28,079 nt of DNA from Lachnospiraceae bacterium (GTDB lineage: Bacteria > Bacillota > Clostridia > Lachnospirales > Lachnospiraceae): the NCBI GenBank assembly GCA_045600745.1, contig JAZRYN010000218.1:1-28079 (forward strand), given 5' to 3'. Below, piece by piece: positions 17,465 through 28,079 of the stretch. Each line of letters begins with the position of its first letter. Positions within the stretch are counted from its first letter, which is position 1. The notes beneath the pieces were generated by a model. That model ran no database searches. It saw only the letters and a list, made by a program, of their open reading frames with translations, and was not told where the DNA came from. The translations under genes were made by a program, and so were the position numbers.

Positions 17465-18622
17465 TTATTTACGGACAAAACGGCGCAGCTGCGGAAGAAG
17501 CTCCCGGATAAGGCAAACCGTTTCTTCAAGCTCCTCTTTTGTCGTGTAGGAAGAAAGGGAGAACCGGAGCGTCGAGTCCGCCGCTTCGTCGGAAAGTCCG
17601 ATCGCACGGAGCGTCGGGCTTACCGTTTTTTTGTGGCTCGAGCAGGCTGAGCCTGCCGAAGCATAGATCCCCTTTTCCTCGAGCGCATGAAGCATGACCT
17701 CGCTTCTTACTCCGTCAAAGGTCGCGCTGACGATATGCGGGGCAGAGCATTCTCTCTCCCTCGGGCCGTTGATCCTTACGCCGTCTATCTGTTCCAGCTC
17801 TTTCTGCAGATATTCTTTCTTATCATACAGCGCCGAGGTCTTTTCGTCAAAGTTCTGCCAGACGAGTTCTGCCGCCTTTCCGATCCCAACGATCCCCGGC
17901 ATGTTTTCCGTGCCGGACCGCAGGCCCTTCTGCTGCTCGCCGCCGTAAATGATCGGCAGAATATGGACCCTGTCCCGGACATAGAGGAATCCGATCCCCT
18001 TCGGGCCGTGGATCTTGTGCCCGCTGACTGTCATCAGATCGATTCCGGCTTTTTTCGGGAATATCCGGACCTTACCGTACCCCTGCACCGCATCGGTATG
18101 AAAAAGAATACGGCTGTTATAGGCCTTGGTCAGCTCTGCCAGCTCCTCCACCGGCTGCCGTGAGCCGATCTCATTGTTGACCGTCATGACCGAAACAAGA
18201 ACCGTGTCCGGGCAGAGGGCCTCGTGAAGCGTTTCCGGTAAGACAAGGCCTCTCGCATTTACGGGAAGTCGGGTGATCCGGAAGCCCTCCTTTTCCAGCT
18301 CGTCCGCAGCGGCCGCTATCGAGGGGTGCTCGATCGACGAAACGATCACATGCTTTCCCTGGCCGGCCTTTGCTCGTGCGCCGCCGATAAGCGCAAGATT
18401 ATTGGCCTCCGTTCCTCCCGAAGTAAAATAGATCTCCTTGCCCTCTGCCTTGATCGGAGCCGCAGCTCTTTCTCTGGCAAGCTTCAGGAGCTTTTCGGCT
18501 TCCGCCCCCAGTTTGTGCAGAGAGCTGGGATTGCCGTAGGCCTTTCCGAGCGTAAGCAGCATTTCCTCTCTGACCGCGTCACCGACCATCGTCGTGGCTG
18601 AATTATCAAGATAAACTTCCAT
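17465..18622 (-). CDS. Cysteine desulfurase (IscS/NifZ-like, probable sulfur donor for ThiI)
   Basis: YLDNSATT, GNPSSLH, FTSGGTEANN, HTDAVQ, SGHKIHGPKG and SAGSACSS. The ATG overlaps the rsmE stop (TAATG). Confidence 0.93.
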   Translation of the reverse strand: MEVYLDNSATTMVGDAVREEMLLTLGKAYGNPSSLHKLGAEAEKLLKLARERAAAPIKAEGKEIYFTSGGTEANNLALIGGARAKAGQGKHVIVSSIEHPSIAAAADELEKEGFRITRLPVNARGLVLPETLHEALCPDTVLVSVMTVNNEIGSRQPVEELAELTKAYNSRILFHTDAVQGYGKVRIFPKKAGIDLMTVSGHKIHGPKGIGFLYVRDRVHILPIIYGGEQQKGLRSGTENMPGIVGIGKAAELVWQNFDEKTSALYDKKEYLQKELEQIDGVRINGPRERECSAPHIVSATFDGVRSEVMLHALEEKGIYASAGSACSSHKKTVSPTLRAIGLSDEAADSTLRFSLSSYTTKEELEETVCLIRELLPQLRRFVRK

Positions 18623-19359
18623 TATTCCTCCATCATCAGCGTACACATGGCAAGCATCGCCATGCCTGCCGTTTCGGTCCGAAGGATGCGCGGCCCGAGA
18701 GTAAGGATCTTCGCTCCTGCCGCCTTCAGCCTGTCTATCTCTTCCGCTTCAAATCCGCCCTCCGGTCCGATAAAGATCGCGCAATCGCTTCCCTTCGGCA
18801 CCTCGGCCAGATATTTTCTGGTCGCGGAAATATTCTCTGCTCCCTCATAGGGAACCAGTATTTTCGTCATGGCTTTCGCTTTATCCACGGCTTCCGCAAA
18901 AGTGACCGGCCTCTCCACATCAGGAATAATACGCCTGCCGGACTGTTTTGCCGCGCTTTCCGCGATCCGCTGCCAGCGTTCCGCCTTCGCGCTTTTTTTC
19001 TTTTCCTCCAGCCTGACGACACAGCGCTTCATTTCCACCGGAACAATGGATGAAGCCCCGAGCTCCACAGCCTTCTGAATGATCATTTCCATTTTATCGG
19101 CCTTTGGAAGGCCCTGAAAAAGATGCAGTCTGACCGGGCATTCGGTGTCGGAAAGAGTGGCGGGAAGCACCTGACAGTACACAAAATCGGGGCCGGTCTC
19201 CGTGATCTCACATAGACTGTCCCGATCCTGTCCGTCCGAAACAACGATCCTGTCGCCGGCGCGAAGCCGCAGCACCTGTGTAATGTGCCTGACGTCTCTC
19301 CCGCTTATCCGGATATGACCGCTTTCCGCATTCTCCGAAGGGGCAAAGAAATGATACAT
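18622..19359 (-). CDS. rsmE: 16S rRNA m3U1498 methyltransferase
   Basis: HITQVLRL, KADKMEMIIQKAVELGA, FIGPEGGF and LGPRILRTETA. Confidence 0.95.
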   Translation of the reverse strand: MYHFFAPSENAESGHIRISGRDVRHITQVLRLRAGDRIVVSDGQDRDSLCEITETGPDFVYCQVLPATLSDTECPVRLHLFQGLPKADKMEMIIQKAVELGASSIVPVEMKRCVVRLEEKKKSAKAERWQRIAESAAKQSGRRIIPDVERPVTFAEAVDKAKAMTKILVPYEGAENISATRKYLAEVPKGSDCAIFIGPEGGFEAEEIDRLKAAGAKILTLGPRILRTETAGMAMLAMCTLMMEE

Positions 19360-20513
19360 TATTTGAATAGTCCCTTTTTCTTTTTTTCGGCTCCGGCAAG
19401 TGTTCCGCCGCTTGCCGCATCAAAGGCGAGCAGCGCTTCCTTTTGTTCCTTGTTCAGGCGATCCGGCACACGGACGGTAAAGGTAACGTAATGGTCGCCC
19501 CGTTCGTTTCTTCTGGGGAGCGGGACCCCCTTTCCCCTCAGCCTGATCCGGGTGTCCGGCTGGGTGCCGGGACGAAGCTCATACTCTACCTGTCCGTCGA
19601 TCGTATCAAGCCGCAGAGTGTCGCCGAGCGCCGCCTGGGCAAACGATATCGGCACGAAGGTATAAATATCGTATCCGTCCCGTTCGAAGGTCTGATGCGC
19701 CGAGACTCTTACCTGCACCAGAAGGTCGCCGCGTTCGCCTCCGTTTGTTCCGGGCTCGCCGTAGCCGCTCAGGCGGATCCCTTCCCCGTCATCGATACCT
19801 GCGGGAATATCGGCCTTGACCGTCTTTTTCCGGGTAACATAGCCCGTGCCGAAGCACTTGCTGCATTTATCCTTAATGATCTTGCCGCTGCCGCTGCAGG
19901 CAGGGCAGGCGCGCTGGGTCTGTGCCATGCCGAAAATGGTGCGCTGGGTCAGGGTCACCACGCCCTTGCCTCCGCATTCCGTACAGGTCACCGGGCTCGT
20001 TCCCGGCTTACAGCCGGTTCCGCCGCAGGTCGGGCAGGCATCTTTATAATTGATCTCCAGTTCTTTTCTGACGCCCTTCATCGCCTCCATAAAGCTGATG
20101 CGGACCGTGGTTTTTACGTTGGAACCCCTGCGGGACGCGTTCGGCCCTGCGCTGCGGCTGCCAAAGCCCCCGAAGCCGCCGAAGGCGCCTCCGAAAGCGC
20201 TGCCGAACAGATCGCCGAAGAGGTCTCCGAACATATCGGCATAGTCGGCGCTGCTGTATTCAAATCCGCCCGCACCGGCAGAGCCGTCAAAGGCTGCCGG
20301 ACCGAACTGGTCATATTTTGCCCGCTTATCCGGGTCACTCAGTACCGCATAAGCCTCAGAGGCTTCCTTGAATTTTGCTTCAGCGTCCTTATCCCCCGGA
20401 TTCATATCCGGATGATACTTTTTGGCCAGCATACGGTAAGCCTTTTTCAGCTCTTCCTCCGATGCGTTCTTGGAGACGCCCAAAACCTCATAATAATCGC
20501 GTTTTGCTGCCAT
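19359..20513 (-). CDS. dnaJ: Chaperone DnaJ
   Basis: J domain with HPD, G/F-rich region and four CxxCxGxG repeats. Confidence 0.97.
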   Translation of the reverse strand: MAAKRDYYEVLGVSKNASEEELKKAYRMLAKKYHPDMNPGDKDAEAKFKEASEAYAVLSDPDKRAKYDQFGPAAFDGSAGAGGFEYSSADYADMFGDLFGDLFGSAFGGAFGGFGGFGSRSAGPNASRRGSNVKTTVRISFMEAMKGVRKELEINYKDACPTCGGTGCKPGTSPVTCTECGGKGVVTLTQRTIFGMAQTQRACPACSGSGKIIKDKCSKCFGTGYVTRKKTVKADIPAGIDDGEGIRLSGYGEPGTNGGERGDLLVQVRVSAHQTFERDGYDIYTFVPISFAQAALGDTLRLDTIDGQVEYELRPGTQPDTRIRLRGKGVPLPRRNERGDHYVTFTVRVPDRLNKEQKEALLAFDAASGGTLAGAEKKKKGLFK

Positions 20514-20544
20514 AAAGGTTCTTCCTTATTGTTCCTTTTTACAC

Positions 20545-20579
20545 GCCTTTGGGGAACGGTCCGAACCGTCCCCCAAGGC
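20545..20579. other. Intergenic stem-loop between dnaK and dnaJ
   Basis: GCCTTTGGGGAACGGT-CCGA-ACCGTCCCCCAAGGC imperfect palindrome. It has no U-tract in the direction of transcription. Confidence 0.7.
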
Positions 20580-20613
20580 AATTGTTATCACACGAACCGA
20601 TTTGCCGGGCCGA

Positions 20614-22506
<1,893 letters not shown>

Positions 22507-22533
22507 TCATGCCATTGTTTTCTATAATCATCG

Positions 22534-23181
22534 CTAATTGGCGACTTTTACCATACTGTAGCGAATTACCGTTCCCTTGTAGGTGTAGCCCTTCTGGAGC
22601 TCAGCCGTCACGGTATTTTCGCCTGCATCCTCTGCCTCTTCATGCATCACAGCATAATGAAGGTTTGCATCAAAGGTCTTTCCGAGTGCTTCGATGGGCT
22701 CCACCTGCATCTCGTTCAGCTGCTTTATCAGCTGCCGGTAGACCTTATCCATTCCGTCGGCAAACGGCTCGGCTCTCTGCTCCTCTGTCAGGCCTTCCAG
22801 TCCGCGTTCAAAGCTGTCCACGATCGGAAGGATCTTCAGGATAATGTCACGCGCGCCCATATCGAACTGCGCGGCCTTTTCCTTTTCCGTCCGCTTGCGG
22901 AAATTGTCGAATTCCGCCATCTGACGCTGCAGTCTGTCCGTCAGGGAGGCGATCTGCTCGTCCTTTGCCTTCAGTTCCTTTTCCGCCTTCTCCGCCCGTG
23001 AGTTGCGGAAGAGCTTCGACTTTTCCTTTTCTTTTTCTTCCGCCGTCTTTTCTTCGGCGGGCATCTGCGTCTCCTCGCCCGATGCTTCCTTTTCCGGCTG
23101 CCCGGCATCCTCCGGCGCCTTTCCCTCTTCTCGGGTCTCTTCGTCTTCCGATATGGTCTTTTCGTTGTTCTCGTCTGACAA
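22534..23181 (-). CDS. grpE: Nucleotide exchange factor GrpE
   Basis: AEFDNFRKRTEKE, FDANLHYAV and KGYTYKGTVIRYSMVKVAN. TTG start, TAG stop. Confidence 0.95.
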   Translation of the reverse strand: MSDENNEKTISEDEETREEGKAPEDAGQPEKEASGEETQMPAEEKTAEEKEKEKSKLFRNSRAEKAEKELKAKDEQIASLTDRLQRQMAEFDNFRKRTEKEKAAQFDMGARDIILKILPIVDSFERGLEGLTEEQRAEPFADGMDKVYRQLIKQLNEMQVEPIEALGKTFDANLHYAVMHEEAEDAGENTVTAELQKGYTYKGTVIRYSMVKVAN

Positions 23182-23184
23182 AGC

Positions 23185-24246
23185 TTATTCCTCCGGTTTC
23201 GTAAAAATTCCGTCCAGCTGGTTCATGGTCTGCTTCAGCGTTTCCACGACCTTCTGGTAATCCATGCGTCTCGGTCCGATAATGCCGATCTTGCCCTGTA
23301 CGCCGTCCCCCATCTGATAGGTGGCGGTAACGACGCTGCAGTCCTTCATGGAATCAACAGGGACCTCGTCGCCGATGTAGACCTGAATGTCCTGCTTGCT
23401 TTCCCCCTCCGCTACATGGCCAAGCGCCGTGCCGAGTTCGTTCTTTTCTTCCAATACATTGATCAGATTACTGATCTTTTCGTTATCCGCCAGCTCCGGG
23501 TATTTGAAAATATTCGTCGCCCCGCTGGTATAGACCGGAACACTGTCCTCCTTGTCAAAGGCGCCGGCAACGGCATCCAGGACCTTCGCGGCAATATCCG
23601 CATGATCCCCGGCTTCGCTCTTTACCTTGGCGATCAGCGGAAGATTGATTTCTTCGACCGAAAGGCCGTTGAGATTGTTGTTCAGGCTGAAATTCAAGCT
23701 GCTGAGCGTCTCCGGATCGAGATCCGTGCCGATATCCAGGATGTTGTTCTTGACGATATTGCCGTTCAGGACGATAACGGCAAGGATCTTTCCTGCTCCC
23801 ATGGAGGACATCTGGATGAATTTCAGCTTGTTGCTTTTGTAATGCGGTCCGGTGACCATGGACGTATACTGCGTGTTGGCCGCCAGGACCTGAGCCATGC
23901 GCATCAGCATTTCCTCAACGCGGTCCATCCGTTTTGACAGGAGCTGCTCCATATGCGCCGCCGGAAGCTGCGGCTCGGACGAAGAAAGGTCGGGCCCTCC
24001 TTCCTTTAACAGGTTGTCGACATAAAGGCGATAGCCCTTATCTGTGGGGACCCGTCCGGCAGAGGTGTGAGGCTGGACGATCAGGCCCAGCTCCTCGAGG
24101 TCGGCCATTTCATTGCGGATCGTTGCCGGGGAGTAATTCAGATCGGCCATCTTGGAGATCGTGCGTGAGCCAACCGGCTCTCCGGTCTCCTGGTAATTCT
24201 GAATGATCGCCAGCAGTATTCTGCGTTTTCTGTCGTCCAGTTCCAT
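23185..24246 (-). CDS. hrcA: Heat-inducible transcription repressor HrcA
   Basis: [41 protein letters not shown] and [10 protein letters not shown]. Start moved to ATG 24246 (RBS AAAGGAG). Confidence 0.96.
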   Translation of the reverse strand: MELDDRKRRILLAIIQNYQETGEPVGSRTISKMADLNYSPATIRNEMADLEELGLIVQPHTSAGRVPTDKGYRLYVDNLLKEGGPDLSSSEPQLPAAHMEQLLSKRMDRVEEMLMRMAQVLAANTQYTSMVTGPHYKSNKLKFIQMSSMGAGKILAVIVLNGNIVKNNILDIGTDLDPETLSSLNFSLNNNLNGLSVEEINLPLIAKVKSEAGDHADIAAKVLDAVAGAFDKEDSVPVYTSGATNIFKYPELADNEKISNLINVLEEKNELGTALGHVAEGESKQDIQVYIGDEVPVDSMKDCSVVTATYQMGDGVQGKIGIIGPRRMDYQKVVETLKQTMNQLDGIFTKPEE

Positions 24247-24263
24247 AGCCTTTCTCCTTTGTG

Positions 24264-24290
24264 TTAGCACTCAGGAGTTGGGAGTGCTAA
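24264..24290. promoter_or_regulatory. CIRCE element (HrcA operator)
   Basis: Perfect TTAGCACTC-N9-GAGTGCTAA between the promoter and hrcA. Confidence 0.97.
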
Positions 24291-24301
24291 CATCTTTGTA
24301 T

Positions 24302-24330
24302 AAGATAGCACTGCCGTTTCGCTTTGTCAA
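24302..24330 (-). promoter_or_regulatory. sigmaA promoter of the hrcA-dnaK operon
   Basis: TTGACA-17 nt-TATCTT with extended -10 TG, just upstream of CIRCE. Confidence 0.8.
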
Positions 24331-24384
24331 CGGATTTATTCTTTTTTTATCGATTATTTTTGCCGCGGCCGGAAATAATTCCTG

Positions 24385-24412
24385 TTGACTTAAACGGTGC
24401 GGCTTTTATAAT
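24385..24412 (+). promoter_or_regulatory. sigmaA promoter for the 2-hydroxyacid dehydrogenase
   Basis: TTGACT-16 nt-TATAAT. Confidence 0.7.
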
Positions 24413-24439
24413 GAAAAAAAAGGCAGGTGGAGGTATCTG

Positions 24440-25390
24440 ATGATGAAAATCGTAATTCTTGACTGTGAAAGCATTGGCCTTGACGTCTCACCCGATCCGC
24501 TCAGGGCCTTCGGCGAACTGGTGATCTATCCGAATACGGACCCTTCCCTGATCGCCGACCGGATCCGCGACGCGGATATCGTTATCACCAACAAGTGCCG
24601 GCTGAATGAGGAAAATCTCGCATCGGCCGAAGAACTGAAGCTGATCTGCACCGCCGCGACCGGCTATGACAACATTGATGTTTCCTACTGCCGCAAAAAG
24701 GGTATTGCCGTCAGCAACGTCAAGGGCTATTCTACCGACTGCGTCGCGCAGCTTACCGTTGCCATGGCTCTACACCTGATCATGCATCTGCCGGAATACG
24801 GCCGCTATGTCGCCGACGGCAGCTACACGTCTTCCGGCCGCTTCAACCGGTTAAGTCCCGCTTTTTACGAGCTGCGGAATAAGACCTGGGGCATCGTCGG
24901 CGCCGGAAATATCGGCATGCAGGTTGCCCGCGTGGCCGAAGCGCTCGGCTGCCGCGTCGTGGTCTATCAGCGCCATCCAAGCAGCTTTTATCCTACGGTA
25001 TCCCTGCAGGAGCTGTGCTTAAACTCCGATATCATCTCCCTGCATGTTCCGCTGAACGATGAAACGCGCGGAATGATCGGCGCCCACGAGCTTGAGCTTA
25101 TGAAGGACGGGGTCGTACTGATCAATGTCGCACGCGGCGCCGTAACGGACGAGACCGCCGTTGCCATGGCGGTCGAATCCGGCAAGATCGGCGCCTTCGG
25201 CTGCGACGTCTACAGCGCCGAGCCCTTCCCCGAGACCCATCCTTATTATGCCATCAAAGACCGGCCCGGCGTCCTTCTTACCCCGCACATGGCCTGGGGG
25301 GCCGTAGAGACGCGCGTTCGTCTTATCCGTGAAATGGCAGAAAACATCAAAGCCTTCATCAACGGCGAAAGACGCAACCGGGTGGACTGA
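24440..25390 (+). CDS. D-isomer-specific 2-hydroxyacid dehydrogenase (glycerate dehydrogenase/HprA-like)
   Basis: ATGYDNID, Rossmann motif GIVGAGNIG, LINVARG, DVYSAEP and TPHMAW. Confidence 0.9.
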   Translation: MMKIVILDCESIGLDVSPDPLRAFGELVIYPNTDPSLIADRIRDADIVITNKCRLNEENLASAEELKLICTAATGYDNIDVSYCRKKGIAVSNVKGYSTDCVAQLTVAMALHLIMHLPEYGRYVADGSYTSSGRFNRLSPAFYELRNKTWGIVGAGNIGMQVARVAEALGCRVVVYQRHPSSFYPTVSLQELCLNSDIISLHVPLNDETRGMIGAHELELMKDGVVLINVARGAVTDETAVAMAVESGKIGAFGCDVYSAEPFPETHPYYAIKDRPGVLLTPHMAWGAVETRVRLIREMAENIKAFINGERRNRVD

Positions 25391-25439
25391 ATCCGGGGCT
25401 CGCCGGGGATGTGGATAAACAGAATTTGAAGGTATTAAA

Positions 25440-25976
25440 ATGATCAACACGGATTATCCGATCGAGGCCCTGAATATTCTCCTGAACCAAGATTGCCTGA
25501 GCGACCGGTTTAATTCATTGATAAGCCTCCGCGAAGATCTGATCACGGGACTTAAGCGCTCCGGCTGCGTTACAAAGAATGATGCGGCACGAATGTCTGA
25601 TGGTGAACTTGCCGCTATTATGCAGCATGATGAAACGAAGGTGAAGCTATTTCGGCAGTTTCTGACCATTTACGATCCAAAACCGCAGAAATTCAAAGAG
25701 ATCGCACGGCTTACGTCAGATCCGGCCGAGCAGGCGGCCTTTTGGGAATTGTATCATCTGCCGGGGGTAAAGTTTACCCGCGCTTACCTGTATTATCATT
25801 CCGGCTACAAAGCCCTGCAGGATTTTCTGACTGTTACGGTTGAAGAAGTTATGTCAAAAACCGCCATGACGATATCGAGCGAAAGCTTAACGTACATCGT
25901 TCCCCGGCCAAAAGAAGTCCGCACGCACATCGCTGTCGCCAAAGCGTTCAGCCGGGATGCTTCATCGTTTTTATGA
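25440..25976 (+). CDS. Hypothetical protein with a C-terminal helix-hairpin-helix-like (DUF4332-like) segment
   Basis: 178-aa ORF filling the gap between neighbours. LYHLPGVKFTRAYLYYHSGY...VPRPKEVRTHIAVAK resembles the DUF4332 pattern (judged by eye). Confidence 0.65.
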   Translation: MINTDYPIEALNILLNQDCLSDRFNSLISLREDLITGLKRSGCVTKNDAARMSDGELAAIMQHDETKVKLFRQFLTIYDPKPQKFKEIARLTSDPAEQAAFWELYHLPGVKFTRAYLYYHSGYKALQDFLTVTVEEVMSKTAMTISSESLTYIVPRPKEVRTHIAVAKAFSRDASSFL

Positions 25977-26010
25977 AAGAGCCGCATCCGTTTGCCGCCT
26001 AACAGAATTA

Positions 26011-26044
26011 CCCGCCGCGAGAAAAAAAGCTTCTTCGCGGCGGG
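26011..26044. terminator. Hairpin terminator between convergent genes
   Basis: CCCGCCGCGA...TCGCGGCGGG 10-bp stem followed by CTTT. Confidence 0.6.
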
Positions 26045-26113
26045 CTTTGCCTTGTCAAAGAATATCCTTCCGGTGCCGTTACAGCGTCCGGTTCTTTGTT
26101 CTTATCGGAACTG

Positions 26114-27091
26114 TCAACGATTTTTCGGGGTTCTCGTGCTCAGGAATTCATCGATGCCGTCTGCCATGCCCTGGGCAAGCTTGTCCTGATACGTCCCGTC
26201 CTGCAGCTTCGCATCCTCTTCCTGATTGGTCATGTAACCCATTTCCACAAGCCCTGCCGGGACCTTGCACCAATTGATGCCGGAGTAGGTATCGCTTTCG
26301 ATCAGACCGTCTTCTTTAGCTCCGGTCAGCGCTACCATGTGTTTAAGCAGACAGCTGTTCAGGGCTTTTGCCTCGTCATGAAGCGATGCATTGTAGGCGT
26401 TCTGCGGAGTCTGATAGTAAATGCCGATCCCGTTTACGGAAGCATTCTCCGAGCCGTTGCAGTGGATACGGACAAAGGCGTCCGCATTGGCCTCGTTGGC
26501 GATCGCCGCACGTTCGGCGTTGCTGATGTTGACGGCATTGCCGGTGCGGGTCATTATGACCGTATAATCGCGTTTTAAGAGCTCGAGCCTCAGCTTTGCT
26601 GCCACCTCCATATTGACCTTGTATTCCGGATAGCCGTTAAAGCGGCTGGCCGTACCGGAGGAGACCTTGGCTTTTGTCTCTGCCGCCCCGGGGCCTACCG
26701 GCTCCGTCTCGCTGTTGCCCTTTTCCTGATGGCCGGGATCGATCACGATCACATACCCGTTGCTTCCTTCCGTAACGAAGTTCGTCACATCAGGCAGCAT
26801 TTCCGGCGTCTGCGTCTGGGGTTGTGGCTTGGTCTGGGTCTCCTGATCCTTCGTCTGGGTCTGCTCGCTTTCCGATTCTGGAGGGGCAGCCGTTTCCTCG
26901 GGCGTTGTATCCGGCTGCGGCGTTTCCGAAGCAGTCTGTGTATCTTCTTCGGTAATGCCAGGGCCGATGACCGGCAGCGTATCTAAGATCAGCGGTGTCT
27001 CCTCCGGGACCTGACTGCCGCAGGCAGAGCAGGCCGTTATCAGGAGAAGCGCGCAAAAAAGGACAATTATTTTATGTAAGATCTTATTCAT
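26114..27091 (-). CDS. Lipoprotein N-acetylmuramoyl-L-alanine amidase (Amidase_3)
   Basis: Signal peptide with candidate lipobox cysteines (LITAC/SACG), a T/Q/P/E-rich linker and Zn/catalytic residues in IDPGH, PEYKVN, RIHCN and VEMGY. Start is 27091 or 27097. Confidence 0.88.
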   Translation of the reverse strand: MNKILHKIIVLFCALLLITACSACGSQVPEETPLILDTLPVIGPGITEEDTQTASETPQPDTTPEETAAPPESESEQTQTKDQETQTKPQPQTQTPEMLPDVTNFVTEGSNGYVIVIDPGHQEKGNSETEPVGPGAAETKAKVSSGTASRFNGYPEYKVNMEVAAKLRLELLKRDYTVIMTRTGNAVNISNAERAAIANEANADAFVRIHCNGSENASVNGIGIYYQTPQNAYNASLHDEAKALNSCLLKHMVALTGAKEDGLIESDTYSGINWCKVPAGLVEMGYMTNQEEDAKLQDGTYQDKLAQGMADGIDEFLSTRTPKNR

Positions 27092-28007
27092 TCTCATTCC
27101 TCAGCTTATTCATGATCATTTTCATATCATCTGGCAGTTCGGAGTCAAATTCCAGATATTCTCCGCTTTTCGGATGGATAAACCCGATGCATTTTGCATG
27201 CAGACACTGCCCGTTTCCTGCCCATTTTACCGGAGCCGCTCCGTAAAGCGTATCGCCGAGCAGCGGATGCCCGATCGAGGCAAGATGGACACGGATCTGA
27301 TGGGTCCTGCCCGTCTCAAGGCGGCATTCCAGCACGGTGTAGCGGGCAAAGCGTTCCCGTACGCGGTAATGCGTGACCGCTCTCTTTCCGTTTTCCTCAT
27401 CCACGGCCATCCGAAGACGGTTTCTGCGGTCCCTGCCGATGGGCTTATCGACCGTTCCTTCGTCCTCCGGAATGCGGCCCTGCACGATGGCGATGTACCG
27501 TCTGGTAACGCTGTGTGCCTTTAGCTGTGCGGCAAGGCTTTGATGCGCCGCATCATTTTTGGCGATCATCAGCAGACCGGTCGTATCCCTGTCGATCCGG
27601 TGAACGATCCCCGGTCTGAGTACGCCGTTGATTCCCGAAAGCTGTCCCCGGCAGTGAAAAAGAACAGCATTAACGAGCGTTCCCGTGCTGTGCCCGGGGG
27701 CAGGATGTACTACCATGCCGCGCGGCTTGTCGACGACCAGAACATCCTCATCCTCATATACGACCGAAAGAGGAATATTCTCCGGCTGCACCTGCAGGGG
27801 TCTAAGTTCCGGCAGCTCTGCCTTTATCTCTTCTTCTCCCGACAATTTGAAACTGCGTTTGACGGTCTTTCCGTCAACCGTAACAAGCCCGTCATCGATC
27901 AGCTTCGCCGCATAGCTTCGCGAAAGCCCCTCCGAATACTCGGAGAGGCAGACGTCAAGACGTTTACCGGTGTCCCGGAGTTCGGTAATAAATGTCAGCT
28001 TCGCCAT
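27084..28007 (-). CDS. rluD: RluA/RluD-family 23S rRNA pseudouridine synthase
   Basis: N-terminal S4 domain (RLDVCL...SRS), DKPRGMVVHP, catalytic HRIDRDTTG and TGRTHQIRVH. Confidence 0.92.
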   Translation of the reverse strand: MAKLTFITELRDTGKRLDVCLSEYSEGLSRSYAAKLIDDGLVTVDGKTVKRSFKLSGEEEIKAELPELRPLQVQPENIPLSVVYEDEDVLVVDKPRGMVVHPAPGHSTGTLVNAVLFHCRGQLSGINGVLRPGIVHRIDRDTTGLLMIAKNDAAHQSLAAQLKAHSVTRRYIAIVQGRIPEDEGTVDKPIGRDRRNRLRMAVDEENGKRAVTHYRVRERFARYTVLECRLETGRTHQIRVHLASIGHPLLGDTLYGAAPVKWAGNGQCLHAKCIGFIHPKSGEYLEFDSELPDDMKMIMNKLRNENE

Positions 28008-28079
28008 AAGCGGATTTCTTTCAGCTCTTCGTCTTTATAGTAAAATAACAGCAGCAGGGCAAGGACCACAGCCGTCCAC
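27995..28079 (-). CDS. lspA: 3' end of a membrane protein, probably lipoprotein signal peptidase (partial)
   Basis: WTAVVLALLLLFYYKDEELKEIRLWRS*: a hydrophobic helix plus charged tail overlapping the rluD start. lspA-rluD is a conserved Firmicute gene pair. The catalytic region is outside the window. Confidence 0.55.
   Translation of the reverse strand, partial: WTAVVLALLLLFYYKDEELKEIRLWRS

Noticed and set aside
17449-17607. N-terminal extension of ThiI in the ORF track (start 17607)
   Set aside because: It overlaps the desulfurase 3' end. ATG 17448 has an RBS and gives the expected family N-terminus.
24306-24312. TAGCACT partial CIRCE half-site overlapping the hrcA extended -10
   Set aside because: Only 7 nt, with no partner half-site at N9 spacing.

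Overview
Gene-dense chromosomal core region with 26 coding regions, 21 of them on the minus strand. It probably comes from a monoderm Firmicute (Clostridia, Lachnospiraceae-like; inferred from sigmaA promoters, a CIRCE element and the short N-terminal form of DnaK). In window order: a class I lysyl-tRNA synthetase with a fused C-terminal tRNA-binding domain (absent from the ORF track because it runs off the left edge), xth, rny, a Na/Pi cotransporter with a PhoR/PhoP-like two-component pair, tyrS, upp, an HD-like protein, malQ, an Lrp/AsnC regulator, yggS, mtaB, a His-less HPr-like gene, thiI, a cysteine desulfurase, rsmE, dnaJ-dnaK-grpE-hrcA, a 2-hydroxyacid dehydrogenase, a low-GC helix-hairpin-helix-like gene, a lipoprotein amidase, rluD and the 3' end of a probable lspA. 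I found no tRNA, rRNA, CRISPR array or transposase. The strongest observations are: (1) the LysRS1 plus MetRS-type OB-domain fusion; (2) an in-frame UAG in thiI at an expected conserved Lys, followed by 40 ThiI-like codons; (3) a shared TTTAC(A/G)-N5-TTTACA repeat upstream of both the response regulator and the phosphate transporter; (4) a TyrRS whose HIGH motif reads TAGH. A link between (1) and (2) is speculative, and most evidence in the window favours a point mutation or sequence error. All family assignments come from motif recognition by eye, not database searches.
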